Shown: piece by piece, positions 13,402 through 24,289 of the stretch | Position numbering within the stretch: position 1 is the first letter of the stretch | Layout: every line of letters begins with the position of its first letter | Assembly: GCF_964194025.1 (NCBI RefSeq) | Contig: NC_134479.1 | Span: 38,936,001 to 39,000,000, forward strand | Origin: Convolutriloba macropyga | Taxonomy: Eukaryota | Length of the DNA stretch: 64,000 nt | Reading direction: 5' to 3' | The notes under the pieces: model-generated | Seen by the model: the letters and a program-made list of their open reading frames with translations, nothing else | What the model was told of the DNA's origin: nothing | Database searches by the model: none | Program-made: the position numbers and the translations under genes

Positions 13402-16400
13402 ATGCCTTCAAATAGAATCATTTCATCAATTACCAAATTCGGAAGTAGGTCGACCCCATTTCTGAAGCCTCATGCAGCGATAGCTAACACAAATTTGCTC
13501 CAAAGAATGTCCAAGTCAACTTTGGAAAGCAAGTTTGAAGAGATGTCCTCAAAAGTCAACAGTTTGAAGAAAGATCCCGGTAACGAAGTCAAACTAAAGA
13601 TGTACGCTCTTTTTAAACAGGCAACACAGGAAAGTTTGATGCTCATTTTGTTTCACTTTAGCCTGACTCCTGTTGTCTTCTAATATTCTGTAAGTATTAC
13701 TGCATTAGATATTTTTTTTTCTGAAATTTTTGTCCGCTTCACGCAACAATTACATAACATGAGTCGTATTGCTAATAGTTTATTGTAAGTTCGTTGTTTT
13801 GCTATCAATGTAAACACTTGAAAAAAGTTCAGAGGAGGGGAGGGGAAAATTCGACACCAGCAATCCTTCAATGCAGCCCTGCTTTTAATTTTTAAAAATG
13901 GCTTCTCTAGCTTTTGTTTTTGAAATGAGCATCAAATGTCTAGGGTGCAAACACAACCTCAAAACCCGGAGCTCTCAATTTTGTAGCGAAAGCAAAATGG
14001 GACGCATGGACAAACTTGAAAGACATGAGCAAAGATGACGCCATGCAGGAATACGTCAGCGTCGTCGAGGGATTAATAACCAATGAATCGTCGTCTTCCG
14101 AGGAATCGAAAGAAACCGGAAAGTCAACGGCAGAATCGAAATTTGAGTTTTTGCTGTATGAAGTGAAAGATGGTTACTGCAAAATAACGTTTAACAGGCC
14201 CGAAAAGTACAACGCGATAAACTGGAAATGTTACGAAGAAATCGGAAATGCTTTGAATGAGGCAGCTCAAGATGAAAACGTTGTAGTTGCAGCCATTACA
14301 GGTACGAATCAAGTTTACTCAGTCCGTTTGCCATTTTAAATTGCTTGAGTAGTTTAGCTTGTTTAAACGAGTACTCTTGCGTGATACAGTCGAGAAAAGT
14401 ATTTGAGCTGATATTTGTGTTTATAGTTCATTTGATCAAAGATTATAAGCCAATTTGTGTAGGCAGTTTTTTTGGAATTGTGCAGGCAACATTCCAGTAA
14501 TTGATCAATTTCATTTTATTCAACTCTTGGGCGCCAATCGCCAGTACGAGTTGTGGAGGATTCTTTACTGCTTGCGATGCAGTTTTGCACTACACTTGGA
14601 GGCAAGACATTTCAACACTTTTTCAACTGCTATGGGGCTGACACGGTTGTTTTTTTTGTTCCAAAGTGGTCACTATGGCCCAATATACACTTGAGAAAAC
14701 ATCAGCAATTTTCCCCGAGTTTGTAATGTTCAAAAGTGGCTCATGTTTTGCGCATTTTCTTGGTTTTGTTTGGTTTCTGGTAGGTAACTGCATTTTCAAG
14801 TTGCTGGGGGACGTAGCCGACGTTCTTTTTGAAAAGAAATTAAGTAAATTGTAATCGAATTCGTACGGTATTGATCCTTTTGAACGAAGAAATTTCAATT
14901 CGTTGATGGTTCTACTGTTCAGGAGTTTTGTCTGAATTTAGAAGTGTAGCAGTCTTTCCAAATTCATTTTTTGACAGTGACAAGGCACAGTGCAATATAT
15001 GTTTTTTACTCTGCATCAAAGCTGCGATGTTACTTCTTACATTGAAAAGTTTCTACCACAATCACCCCTTTAGCCATCGTTCAATGTCTTTGGTTCTTTC
15101 GCAATAGTGATTGTGTCCTCCACCAAGGTTGTGTGGAACGAAGGACAAATTTGGGAGCTGCAAAAGGATTAGACAAAGGAACTGGGTTGTCAGGGTGTAG
15201 AACACACCCTTACATCAGCTGAGTCAGCAATTAAGACTACTCGCCTTATATAAGTTGCACAAAATTTGGGGTAAATTGAGAGAACTTGCTTCGAGTCGGC
15301 AATTGAGACTACTCGGCCTATATAGGTAGCTCAAAAATGGGGGATAAGTTTTCTTGAGATTCTTTACATAAAAAGTCTAATTTTCTCTTACGAAATCTTT
15401 GGGGCATCAAACAGGAATGATATAGAGTTAAGGAGTAAGATATCCGTTTATGATGTTTCAGCGTCATATTATGATTTTAAATTGTAAATTTTGTTGCGCA
15501 TATTGTATTAATCTGGTTTCAGGCAACGGACCCTTCTACTCAGCGGGCAACGATTTAAGTGGATTCCGACAATTGGCGGAAGAACATGGTGGTGACATTT
15601 ACAAAGCAGCCGCAGCCGCTGGAGTTCGATTGGAGACATTTGTGGACAGTTTTATCCAGTTTCCGAAGCCATTAGTTGCTTTGGTCAATGGACCGGCCGT
15701 GGGAATTCCAGTCACAACATTAGGATAGTTGACGCGCATTTCTGCCTTAAGAAATTTAGAGAATGATTTTCCTCATGAAATATGGAAGTAGAAGAGGATT
15801 TCCCTCTTTTTGCAAGTAGAAGCGGTATTTGTTCAAGGAGGCTCTGATATGATTGGCTGAAATACCATCAGTAATTTGCTGAACTAACTTTTCTTTCATT
15901 TTCATTTCACCTGAATTTTCTCTTACAAACTAATGTACCTTTAATCAGTAAAGACGGTAAGTCGAAAGGCAAGAAACAAAAAAAAACAGTCTAGGAGATA
16001 AAAATGGAGATTGAAAAAAATTTTTTTAGATTGAAAATAATTTCAAAATTATTGATGGTGTTTCAGCAACGAAGTATTCTAACTGGTATTTTGTTTTAAG
16101 GACAAGCTGAAAAACGTTTTCTTTTGCTGGCCACTCCATCTGTGTGGATATATGGGGATTGAGGCTCTGTGCTCGATGTCCCTATTTTAACGCCGACGTT
16201 AATGCTTAATTTTTTTTTACAATTGAAGCTCTAAACTAGTGTTAACGTTGGGTTCTGGTTCGGGTTAACGCTGAGTTTTGTATTAATACCCAATATAAGA
16301 GATAAGTAGAATTTGAGGAAAGGGTTTTCGAGGGAACACTTTATTGAATTTTCTTGATAATGTTTTGAACATTTGTCCTTCAATGGTAAATTAGTAACTT

Positions 16401-16851
16401 TTAATTTAAAATGCGCGTATCTTCAGGACTTTTCGACATTGTGCTTGCGTCATCAAACGCAACATTCCACACTCCTTTTCCTTCTCTGGGCCAGTCACCT
16501 GAAGGTTGTTCATCATACACATTCCCCAAGCTTATGGGCCACGCAAAAGCTGTCGAGTTGCTCATTTACGAAAAGAAAATCACAGCAGTTGAAGCTATGG
16601 AGCGAAATATAGTCAACGAAGTTATAGAGCAAAGCGATTTTCAGCGTATTTCACAAGAGAGACTTGAATTTTACGCATCATTGCCTCGGAAAAGTTTGCT
16701 TTACTCGAAAGGTTTGATTAGAGATAAACAACGTGAGAAATTGATGGCTGTCAACAAAGAAGAATGCGAGCGTTTAGTTGAAAGATGGACGTCTGAAGAA
16801 TGTATAAATGCCATTATGAAATTTTTGACCAGGAAACAGTCGAAGATATAA
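13402..16851 (+). CDS. ECI2: Enoyl-CoA delta isomerase 2 (ACBP + crotonase domains); exons 13402-13629, 13944-14301, 15523-15723, 16427-16851 (403 aa)
   Basis: ACBP motif [27 protein letters not shown]. Crotonase motifs [38 protein letters not shown] and [15 protein letters not shown]-terminal SKI (PTS1-like). Exon lengths sum to 1212 nt, in frame. Confidence 0.93.
13630..13943 (+). other. Non-canonical GA-AG intron (ECI2 intron 1)
   Basis: CAG|GAAAGT...GTCTAG|GGT gives KQATQ|GANTTSKPG, colinear with ECI2 KQATEGPCNMPKPG. The nearby GT at 13634 gives a frameshift or stop. Confidence 0.75.
15221..15350 (+). repeat. Two diverged 72-bp tandem units in ECI2 intron 2
   Basis: GAGTCAGCAATTAAGACTACTCG at 15221 and GAGTCGGCAATTGAGACTACTCG at 15293. 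Confidence 0.7.
15724..16426 (+). other. Non-canonical GA-AG intron (ECI2 intron 3)
   Basis: TTAG|GATAGT...CTTCAG|GACTT gives VTTLG|LFDIV, matching ECI2 VTLLGLFD. An in-frame TAG at 15726 rules out a downstream GT donor. Confidence 0.8.
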
Positions 16852-17461
16852 GTTAACGATGTCATATCAACGTGTCTGAACTGTTTGTTAAATTGTTTTA
16901 ATATATGAGAATATTGTAAATTTCAATGTTCGTAGACTTCTACAATCTCGGCTGACAAAGCGGTCAGTTGTTTTTTGTTTAAAGATTATGAAAACTTCGA
17001 ATCATCGGTACGTGGCCAATGTCCGAAAAATCGATTTTGTCGGGCATTTTTGCGACCCATGTTTTAAGATAAGAGTTGGAAGCGTTTGGAAACGAGTTAA
17101 ACTAGGCTTATTTAGTTTCAAAATTGGATGAGTAGTCAAATTTCACAAAGCGCTACCGTGAAAACCTGGGACAATCATTCGTCACTAATTTCCGCGCCAT
17201 AAGTCACTAAACTCCACACAATGAGTAACTCTTTTCCAATAACTAAGACAGTGTCAATTAGAAATGCAATAAATCCGAATTGGCGATGAATAAGTTAAAT
17301 GGATAAGCGTTTTTCCTTTATCAGATCTGTGCATACAAATGGGAGTCGACATGGAATAGAGTTTTGCATGTTAAGTTGAAGAGACAACTCTGAATTCTCA
17401 CAGCTACTGTTTGTTATGGTTCGTATTTTCGTGTCTTTTCAGATGTGATTTATTTTGGGAT

Positions 17462-20400
17462 ATGTTGGTTTGCAAAGTTGACTTTGGTCGAGATCCAGTT
17501 TTCTTGGCCGGAGAACAGGTCAAGGTGAAGTTGACTATTGAGAATGCCAGAGAAAGCAGTGGTAATTGCGATGTCAGCCAGACAGATGGACAGTCTAACG
17601 ATGTCCAAGAGGACACACTGGCTATTGCCACTGGTCAACTGGCCTGCAGGTAAGAAAAATATCAGAATATATAGCCAAATTGGAACTATTTTGTTTCCTC
17701 CCAGTTTCTTTGCTCCCTCTTAAAAACTGTGTTGTTATATAGCACGTTACTGTATAAAAAATACAGTACATGCGCCTGAGGGCGCAAACTTTATATGCCC
17801 ACGAAGGTGGTGGGGACTGAAACAGAATAGATCCGCCAAATTATCGTCAAGGCTCATAACAATGTTGCTTTGACATTACAAACATTTCTCCAACGATATC
17901 CTACTCGAAAAGCTGTGATGTTGACATATAAGGTTTTTGCATTCGTTTTTACTTAAGAATTGTTGATAGCCGCGGTTCATAGACACGCGCGGAAGAGCTC
18001 TGTGCGCTATGTGTTGAATGATAATTAGCTGAGAGTTGCGTCTTGATCTTTTCAGTTGAATTTCATTACCTTTCTAACCATATTTTCACTGTTAACATAT
18101 TGAGGTGGACACAGTCTGGCGTCAAGAATTTATATATGTAGGCACCAGTCTGGCACCAACAGTACATCATTACAGATTGCATTAGAATCCCTGAAATTAG
18201 CTTGTAGATATTTTTCAATATTCAGTATTCTTAAGTTTTAATAGTTGTACTTATCTCTAAGCGTACTTGAATAACAATAAGGCGTTGGTTGTATACCACA
18301 ATACCATCTTGATAATGTGTTTAGAAATTTATCGGTGTAGCACGATACACAATGCGTTTTTGATGATAGGCGAGTTGCTGATTTTCACAGGTGTGCGGTT
18401 AATGGCAACAAAGTGAACAAAGAGGCAGTAGAAGCAAAAATGGCTCAATTCTTCACAAACTCAGACTCAACATCCCTCTCAAATAAAGCAAAGTTCCAAT
18501 TGGGTGCTGCCAAGTCCAAGACTTCATTCAGCATTGCACAGGTGTCAGTCTTTTCTGTCTTCTGATCTCGCGAAGAAAGCAATAATTGTGTCGAATAGTT
18601 AGAAGAATCTTTCTGAGTTGCATTAAGTTACAAAAACTCATGAAGCTCTATACCTTGATTTTATTTAGACGCAAATTTATTTAGCCATTTTCAATGAACT
18701 ACCAATGTGAGGTTTTGTAAGCTTAGTCACGCATCCTTTAAAGCGGCCTAACAATAGTGATAAAACCATGAATTCTGCAAAAAGTGAACTCCAATGTTAT
18801 TTTAGGACGAGAAGGGCTACAATGTGTTCTGCACAAAACCAGAAATCATCTGCTGCGATTTGAGCTTAGGTCTGCTCTTCTAAAAATTGTAATAAAAAGC
18901 AGCCATTGTTGACATTGTAAGATCTGATCAATTTTGAATTTTTATAGGTCCTCAAGAATCAGTGTCCTTCTCATTCGCTGTTCAACTTCCCCTGTCTTCT
19001 GAAATGATTCCGACGTCATTCAACGGACATACTGTCAGATTTACGTATAAACTGCTGTTCGGTTTTCAGAAGGTGGGACAGCCTATGCAGTTGATCAAGT
19101 GTCCGATTCGAGTGTTGACACTGTGTAATAGTTTGCACGGGGAGAACCTGTCAGCCATATTGGGTGAGCAGTAACAATTAAGATCTTTTGTGTTGTTATA
19201 GCTGCCGAGCCGTTTCGCCATTTGCTGCACTGTAGGAGAGCATCGAAGTTCCATTTTGTCTTTGGCATAGTCACATTTGTGTTCGCGTGAACATAGACAG
19301 CATCCGTTCAATTAAATATAAGGTGGTGGCTGATTTTTTTGCCCAACAAGGAAGTATTTATATGGCTAGCTGGCATACTTAAGCTTATTCTTGTTTTCCT
19401 TCGTTTTTTTTCAAATTTTCTCGATATCTTCGGCAAACGCGAGATCATCTGTTAACAAATTTCCTATGCGGCAGATAATGACTATTATTTTTAATGCATC
19501 GATTTTATGCCACCGTTTGACCAACTGGAAAACACGCCCATTTTAACAATCCTTGTAATAATGTGTTGAATTGCTGTTTTTCAGCTTCGCCAAAAAGTCC
19601 CTCAGAAAAGAAAGACGTTGACAATCCTTTTGTTGAAGAGTCGGAGGTGTATCAGAAGTCAACTGAGGAACTGAACCAAAACGTCATAATGCAGGTCAGT
19701 ACCCACATTTTTTTAAATAGCCGCACAGCGATTGCTGGGGGCTATCATTGGCCTTCTCTTGGTTTTTTACAATCCAAAGAATTTGAATCGTATTGGGGCG
19801 CTGTCTTTTTTACGACTCGAAGAGGAGTATTGGAGAAGTCCTTTTTTTAATCAATCTTATTGGAGTGATTTTTGAAGCGGGAAATGAAACGCGTGAAAAA
19901 TTTTGGAGTGATTTTGGTGCGGAACAAAAGTGAAAAGCGGAGCTAAAAGAGAGTGTTTTTTGTTCATACCGCTGTTTTTGAGAGAGCGAGAAATTGATGT
20001 GTGAAAAAATTTTCTCTAAGCGAGCGAAATTTTTTTGTTCACGTGACTGTTTTTTTGTTTTAATGCTTTAAGTGGCATTTGGATAGAAGCTTTTTACCTA
20101 ATGAGTTTTCAAAATACCAATTGACTAAAGTGTTCTTGGTATTTATCATTTTTTTCTGAGGAAAATGGACAGGAAATTTTAAAACCATTTTTTAATAGCC
20201 GCACAGCGATAGCTGGGCTATTATTGGCCTTCTCTTGGTTTTTTTTTATTTCGTCGTCATGATTTTTGTTACGACCATATGACGTCACAGCCACTTTTTG
20301 TTCATTCGTTCATTCAATTTCAACTGAATTGCATGCGTGACTTCATTTTTCGCTCTTAGTGGAGCGAGTTTTTTTGTTCATTCGCGTGATTAAATTTTTG

Positions 20401-22827
20401 GTCACATTTGACTTACCTCACTCTCATAAATGACTTCCTCACTTTGAAATTGACTTTTATTTACTCTAATTCAAAGAGAAGATCAAATGGGTGTGTGTCA
20501 CTCTAAATGAAGGTTATTTGAGTCAGCTGACCTTATTCGGCTTTATGTTTCCTTGTACTATTAAAAAAACAAGTTAAAAAACTCAAGTTTTTCTCTTTTT
20601 TGTTGAATTTGTTTTTGAATGCCGTTTCTTCTTCCTTACTTTTTAATGGTTTTTGTGGAGGTTCAGGGATCATAATAGTTGTTCCAATTGTTTAGTCATA
20701 AATTTGGGCTATTTTTTCCTTCAAGTCGTTTCCGGAGTTCTTCCGGCTATGTTTTTTTTAAGATCTGTTCACACATTTTCATGATTTTTGAAGTCAAATT
20801 GCAGTAGTGATTTTGGTCACACCGAAACAGGAAATGGAGCGAAAAAGCGAGTGGTTTTGCCGCGTGAATTTTTTTCGCTCTAATTTTAAGGTAGAGTGAG
20901 GAAACGGTTTTTGAACAAAAATTCGCTTTCTCGCAAGTGGTTCACATGCGCCAATTTCACTTTGGTTTTTACTGTTTTTTTCGATTTTTTTGATCGGATT
21001 TTTTCCTAAATGGTTTTTCCGATTCACTCATAGTCCGTTCTAGGTCTAGTTTTTTTAGTCAATGAAGGTTCTTTGAATTGTACGTCAAGACTTGTCCTGC
21101 TATGTTTTTTTTATTTCGTCAAGATTTTTGTTAGGACATATGACGTCACAGCCACTTCTTGTGCATTCGTTCATGCAATTTCAACTGAATTGCGTGCGTG
21201 ACGTCATTTTAAGCGCGAGTTTTTTTTGTTCTTTCGCGTGATTAAATTTTTGGTCACACTTGACTTACCTCACTCTCAAAAATGACTTCCTCACTTTGAA
21301 ATTGAATTTTATTTACTTTAATTCAAAGAGAAGTCAAATGGCTGTGCCACTCTAAATGAAGGTTATTTGAGAGCAGCTAATAGAGGCAGCGAAAACTTAT
21401 ACAGATTTTTAATCAAAATATAACTAATCAGCCTTCAATGAAAAGACGAATTTTTTGGTCTGTCTTTGTTACTGTTTTTTTTTGAGACAGCAGATCTACG
21501 AAGCTATTGCGGCTATTTTCTGGCAATCTGCAGGCTATGCTTGTTCTTTTTGTGATTAACAACGCGTCCTATCTTTGTGAATGTAAATAAACCAAGGCCT
21601 TAAATCCCTATTTTGTTTTTCTGGCTTCTACTCAATTATAGGATCTTCACTTTTATCGACTCCACAATTTTGGTGGGTGGAGCATCTGATTCATGCTTGA
21701 TTTGCGTCTTATATAATAGGATCCATGGTACAAAAGGATAGGACATGAGAGGTCGAATTATTTTCGCGGGTCAAATGATTTTCGTGATTCGAACGATTTT
21801 TGTGGGAAGTCACTGAGTTTTTTTTTGGGATAATCGAAGTGTTTTGTAGGCTGAAATTGCGATGCAGAGTTTGAGTCACAGGGGTGTCAATGGAAGTATT
21901 AGTGGTGGTGGGAATGGTCACGTCACATACAGTGTTCGGAATGGACAAACAGAGATTGCCAAGTTCTCTCTAGCCAAGTCATGCTTCCGCATTGGAGAAG
22001 AGATTAATGGTTAGATTTTTTGGCTTCCTAATTTTGATCGGATTTCTTCAGAAACTTGTGTAAATTTAGATGTTTATTACGGCAGAATGTACGTATGGAG
22101 GTGTTAATAGATGTCATGCTATTTTTGGGGGGGATTTGTCGGCTTTGCGAAAAAGATGCTTCTGCCTCTAGTTGCAACTTTCATTGCTATAATTGTTACC
22201 TAATTTATTTCGACAGATTTTTATATTTTTGTTACTTGCGTAAGTACTGTTACGGTTCATCTTTGAGAAACGAATTGAATTAATTACACTATTCTCTTTG
22301 CTGTCCATTACTGTTATTATTCATAAATAATATTGTTAATCAAATTAAATATTGTTGCAGGTTTCTTTGAATTCAACCCTTTCCCGCGGTACTGTCTACA
22401 ATACACTGTGAGCTTGCAATGTGAAGAAAAGCTGTCCGAACAGTTCCGACTCGATTCCTTGTCAACGGCGCAACCAGAGTCGTTCGGATCCAAATGCGAA
22501 TACGTTGCAGATCTCTCACAATGTGAAGTTTCTTTGCCGATTCCTCATTCCGTTACTCCATCTTTTTCCACAGAATTGGTGTCCTTTTCATGGAGCTTAC
22601 AATTCACGTTTATAATATCAACTGAAAGTCATCCTGACATCGCGACGAAGTTCACGAACACTTCGTTTGATGAAGAAAACGACGATCAAATTATAAATTA
22701 CGGTTCGCCTTCCAATTACGAGACGTTTTCGTGGACGTTGCCTATAACGCTGTTACCCAACAATCCGTTCAGGCTTCAAAGTTGCTCAACAGCTTTGAAG
22801 CGGCACCATATCTTAAATATGAGTTGA
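17462..22827 (+). CDS. RGP1: RGP1 (RAB6A-GEF complex partner, Ric1-Rgp1); exons 17462-17649, 18391-18541, 18806-18869, 18948-19163, 19585-19694, 21850-22009, 22361-22827 (451 aa)
   Basis: Motifs PVFLAGEQVKVKLTIEN, TKPEIICCDLSLGPQES, PTSFNGHTVRFTYKL..Q..PIRVL, KSCFRIGEEING, CLQYTVSLQCEE, TPSFSTELVSFSWSLQF and ETFSWTLPI. Six GT-AG introns with compatible phases; total 1356 nt. Confidence 0.88.
19710..21545 (+). repeat. Modular repeat cluster in RGP1 intron 5 (modules A-B, A-C, B-C-E)
   Basis: AATAGCCGCACAGCGAT at 19716 and 20193. Module C at 20248-20528 and 21114-21378. Confidence 0.85.
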
Positions 22828-23149
22828 ATTGTAATATTGTAAATAATGTCAATTTTATGGGGATTTTGATTGTGTATTGTTTATTTATTGTATTCAAAAG
22901 CAAATTGAGATAATTTAATTGGTTTTTGCGGAACATTAACAGATGAAGCAAGTCTTGTGCAATTAAGTTTTCCAGGAATTGATTATCAATTTTTGGAAGT
23001 ATCACTAGAAGTTTAGTGTCGTAATCCATCAGTTAAGCCCAGTTTTGGTTTTTCACTAGTTTGTGATTTTGTCTACGCGTTGAATAAGCTTCGAATTGTT
23101 TGCTAAAAATCACGTAATGGCCATTTTCAGACGTGATTTGGCTGTGTTG

Positions 23150-23274
23150 ATGGATACAACGATGGAATCTATAACTGTGCTTCCACCTGTAATGAAACCT
23201 ATAGGGGTTTCGGAGAGCGATTTGGAAGAAGGTGTCAAACAGGAGACGAGAACTCTACGGGTTCCCTCCAACAG
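23150..23274 (+). CDS. PNO1: Probable first coding exon of PNO1/Dim2 (KH-domain 40S biogenesis factor); the rest of the gene is not in the window
   Basis: MDTTMESITVLPPVMKPIGVSESDLEEGVKQETRTLRVPSNR resembles PNO1 ..GKEETRKIPVPANR(YTPLKENW). Ends at a phase-2 donor AG|GTTAAT; acceptor TTTTCAG at 23124-23130. The match is short and recalled from memory. Confidence 0.65.
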
Positions 23275-23608
23275 GTTAATATAACTGGACAGAAAAGAAG
23301 TGTCCTGAAAGGATAGGATTTGCCTTAAAATTTCTGATCATAAATAGGATCGTGAAATTGTACCTTTTAATGTTGAACACTTTGTAGTACTGTGATTAAT
23401 TGCTCTCGAACAAAGTTCGTAGCAATTATTGTAAACGTGTTGGTCTTTTTTATGCAAAATTTTTTGCTTGACCGTTTTTGCGTTTTTCTAGAACATTCTT
23501 AAGTGTCTTTTTCACGCTTTCGTTCATTTTTGAGTGATTTCTTTTGTTCTCACTCCGAAGTAAAGCTTGTTGCTAAAATAAAAACGATTGCAGCATTGCA
23601 ACAAGAAG

Positions 23609-23690
23609 GGACCGATAGCCTAGTGGGCAGTGCTTCTGGTGAGGGATCGGGAGGTGCATGGTTCGAATCCCGGTGTGGTGAACTCTTTTT
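23609..23690 (+). mobile_element. tRNA-derived SINE head or pseudo-tRNA (Pol III A and B boxes)
   Basis: A box TAGCCTAGTGG 23616-23626, B box GGTTCGAATCC 23660-23670, TTTTT at 23686-23690. Acceptor and T stems pair poorly. Confidence 0.6.
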
Positions 23691-24289
23691 GTGACCATAA
23701 AGAAAAATTCATCTAGACTAGAGCACCTGAATTAAATTTACTTTTCTTCCTCGCAAACGGGATGAAGAGCTGTTAGGGATTTAAGTTCTCTTAGGATCTG
23801 AAGTTCTCTTAAGAGTGATTTAATTAATTCTCTTAGAAATTTACGCTTTACCAGTCTCTATGAATGTGATTCACCAAAACTGTTTTGAAGAGACAATTTT
23901 ATGGTGTGAAGGGAGGTTCTTAATCTTAATCTTAAAAGTTTGACCCTCAGTCGAACCTCCACCTGGGGATTTGGACAGACCTCTCGTCCAGACCTCCCAA
24001 CCCCCGCCCCTACCCCCATTAATACTAGCATGGCTAAACCCCAGCTGGGTACTAGCAACCGATCGCCAGTCGTTTGAGAGCAATTCGCCTGTTGTTAGTC
24101 GGTTATGTTTAATGGTTGTGATTACAACGCTGGGTATTGGGGTTTTAACCTCTTCGTTGTCAAAACTTTTTGTATCTAAAATTTTTCTCAATGATACACC
24201 CCTTTGAATTAAAGTTTTTAACGTGACCGCGATAACTTTTTTCCATTTCAGATTTGTTTCTATCTCTATGCTACTGCAATCAAATCCTA

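Noticed and set aside
17763-18167. Possible insertion flanked by ACAGTACAT direct repeats in RGP1 intron 1
   Set aside because: There are no terminal inverted repeats and no second copy in the window.
21642-21689. Candidate RGP1 exon after TTATAG
   Set aside because: It has an in-frame TGA; the exon at 21850-22009 fits phase and homology.
23609-23682. Functional tRNA gene
   Set aside because: The acceptor, anticodon and T stems do not pair properly; kept only as a SINE head or pseudo-tRNA.
24194-24212. A TAC ACC CCT TTG (YTPL) as PNO1 exon 2
   Set aside because: There is no AG acceptor (it is preceded by TG), and it is followed by AAT TAA stop rather than KENW; probably chance.
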